NCBI RefSeq assembly: GCF_018350175.1
Contig: NC_058368.1
Span: forward strand, 60,822,001-60,886,000
Reading direction: 5' to 3'
Length of the DNA stretch: 64,000 nt
From: Felis catus
Lineage: Eukaryota
The notes beneath the pieces were generated by a model. That model did no database searches, had not been told where the DNA came from, and saw only the letters and a list, made by a program, of their open reading frames with translations. The position numbers and the translations under genes are program-made. Below are positions 63,725 through 64,000 of this stretch, one piece after another (position 1 is the first letter of the stretch; every line of letters starts with the position of its first letter).

Positions 63725-63960
63725 ATGATTTCCAATGAAGTGTTCTAGGGTTTTATCCTTGGTTCTTAAGGGCTCAGTATTTTTATTGGTGACTGGAATG
63801 ACTATATGTGCAAAAGAGTTTAAAGCTTTTGTTGGGATAATACCACAGATAAATGTGTTGAAGCAGCTCTGTATGAAGTTCAGCTCACAATCTTCAGAAT
63901 ATTGTTTGACCTCTTTAATTTATCTAATTTTTTTTTTTATAACCTTCGATTCTCAAACAG

Positions 63961-64000
63961 GTCTTCTTGGACCTGCCCATGCAAAATTACTTGAAATTCC
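63961..64000 (+). other. Candidate exon start running off the window end
   Basis: Acceptor ttttttttttataaccttcgattctcaaacAG|GTCTTCTTGG…; two frames stay open to the edge (xLLGPAHAKLLEI and VFLDLPMQNYLKF). Confidence 0.4.

Noticed and set aside
1-64000. CRISPR arrays, operons, rRNA genes or prokaryotic defence systems
   Set aside because: The sequence is mammalian. No regularly spaced repeat-spacer arrays or rRNA homology were seen.

Overview
AT-rich mammalian genomic DNA, most likely from a felid, judged from young SINEC_Fc-type Can-SINEs and cat-type L1 3' ends. The window is dominated by interspersed repeats: about 22 Can-SINEs, L1s of several ages, L2/MIR, MaLR and ERV1-like LTRs, and hAT/Tigger DNA-transposon fossils. 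It also has microsatellites and three N gaps. One CpG island (about 14.4-15.1 kb) looks like a promoter and carries outward-facing splice donors on both strands. This suggests a plus-strand gene with long introns and possibly a divergent spliced transcript. I could not identify any protein-coding gene; the supplied ORFs are L1 fossils, SINE read-throughs or chance ORFs. I found no convincing novel biological system. The best leads are a plus-strand-specific RNA hairpin at 18.9 kb, several candidate exons, and unusual L1 structures (a nested or interleaved pair, a 36-bp micro-inversion, and inverted internal segments). Repeat family names come from my recollection of consensus sequences, not a database search. 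Repeat boundaries are approximate unless target-site duplications (TSDs) are quoted.
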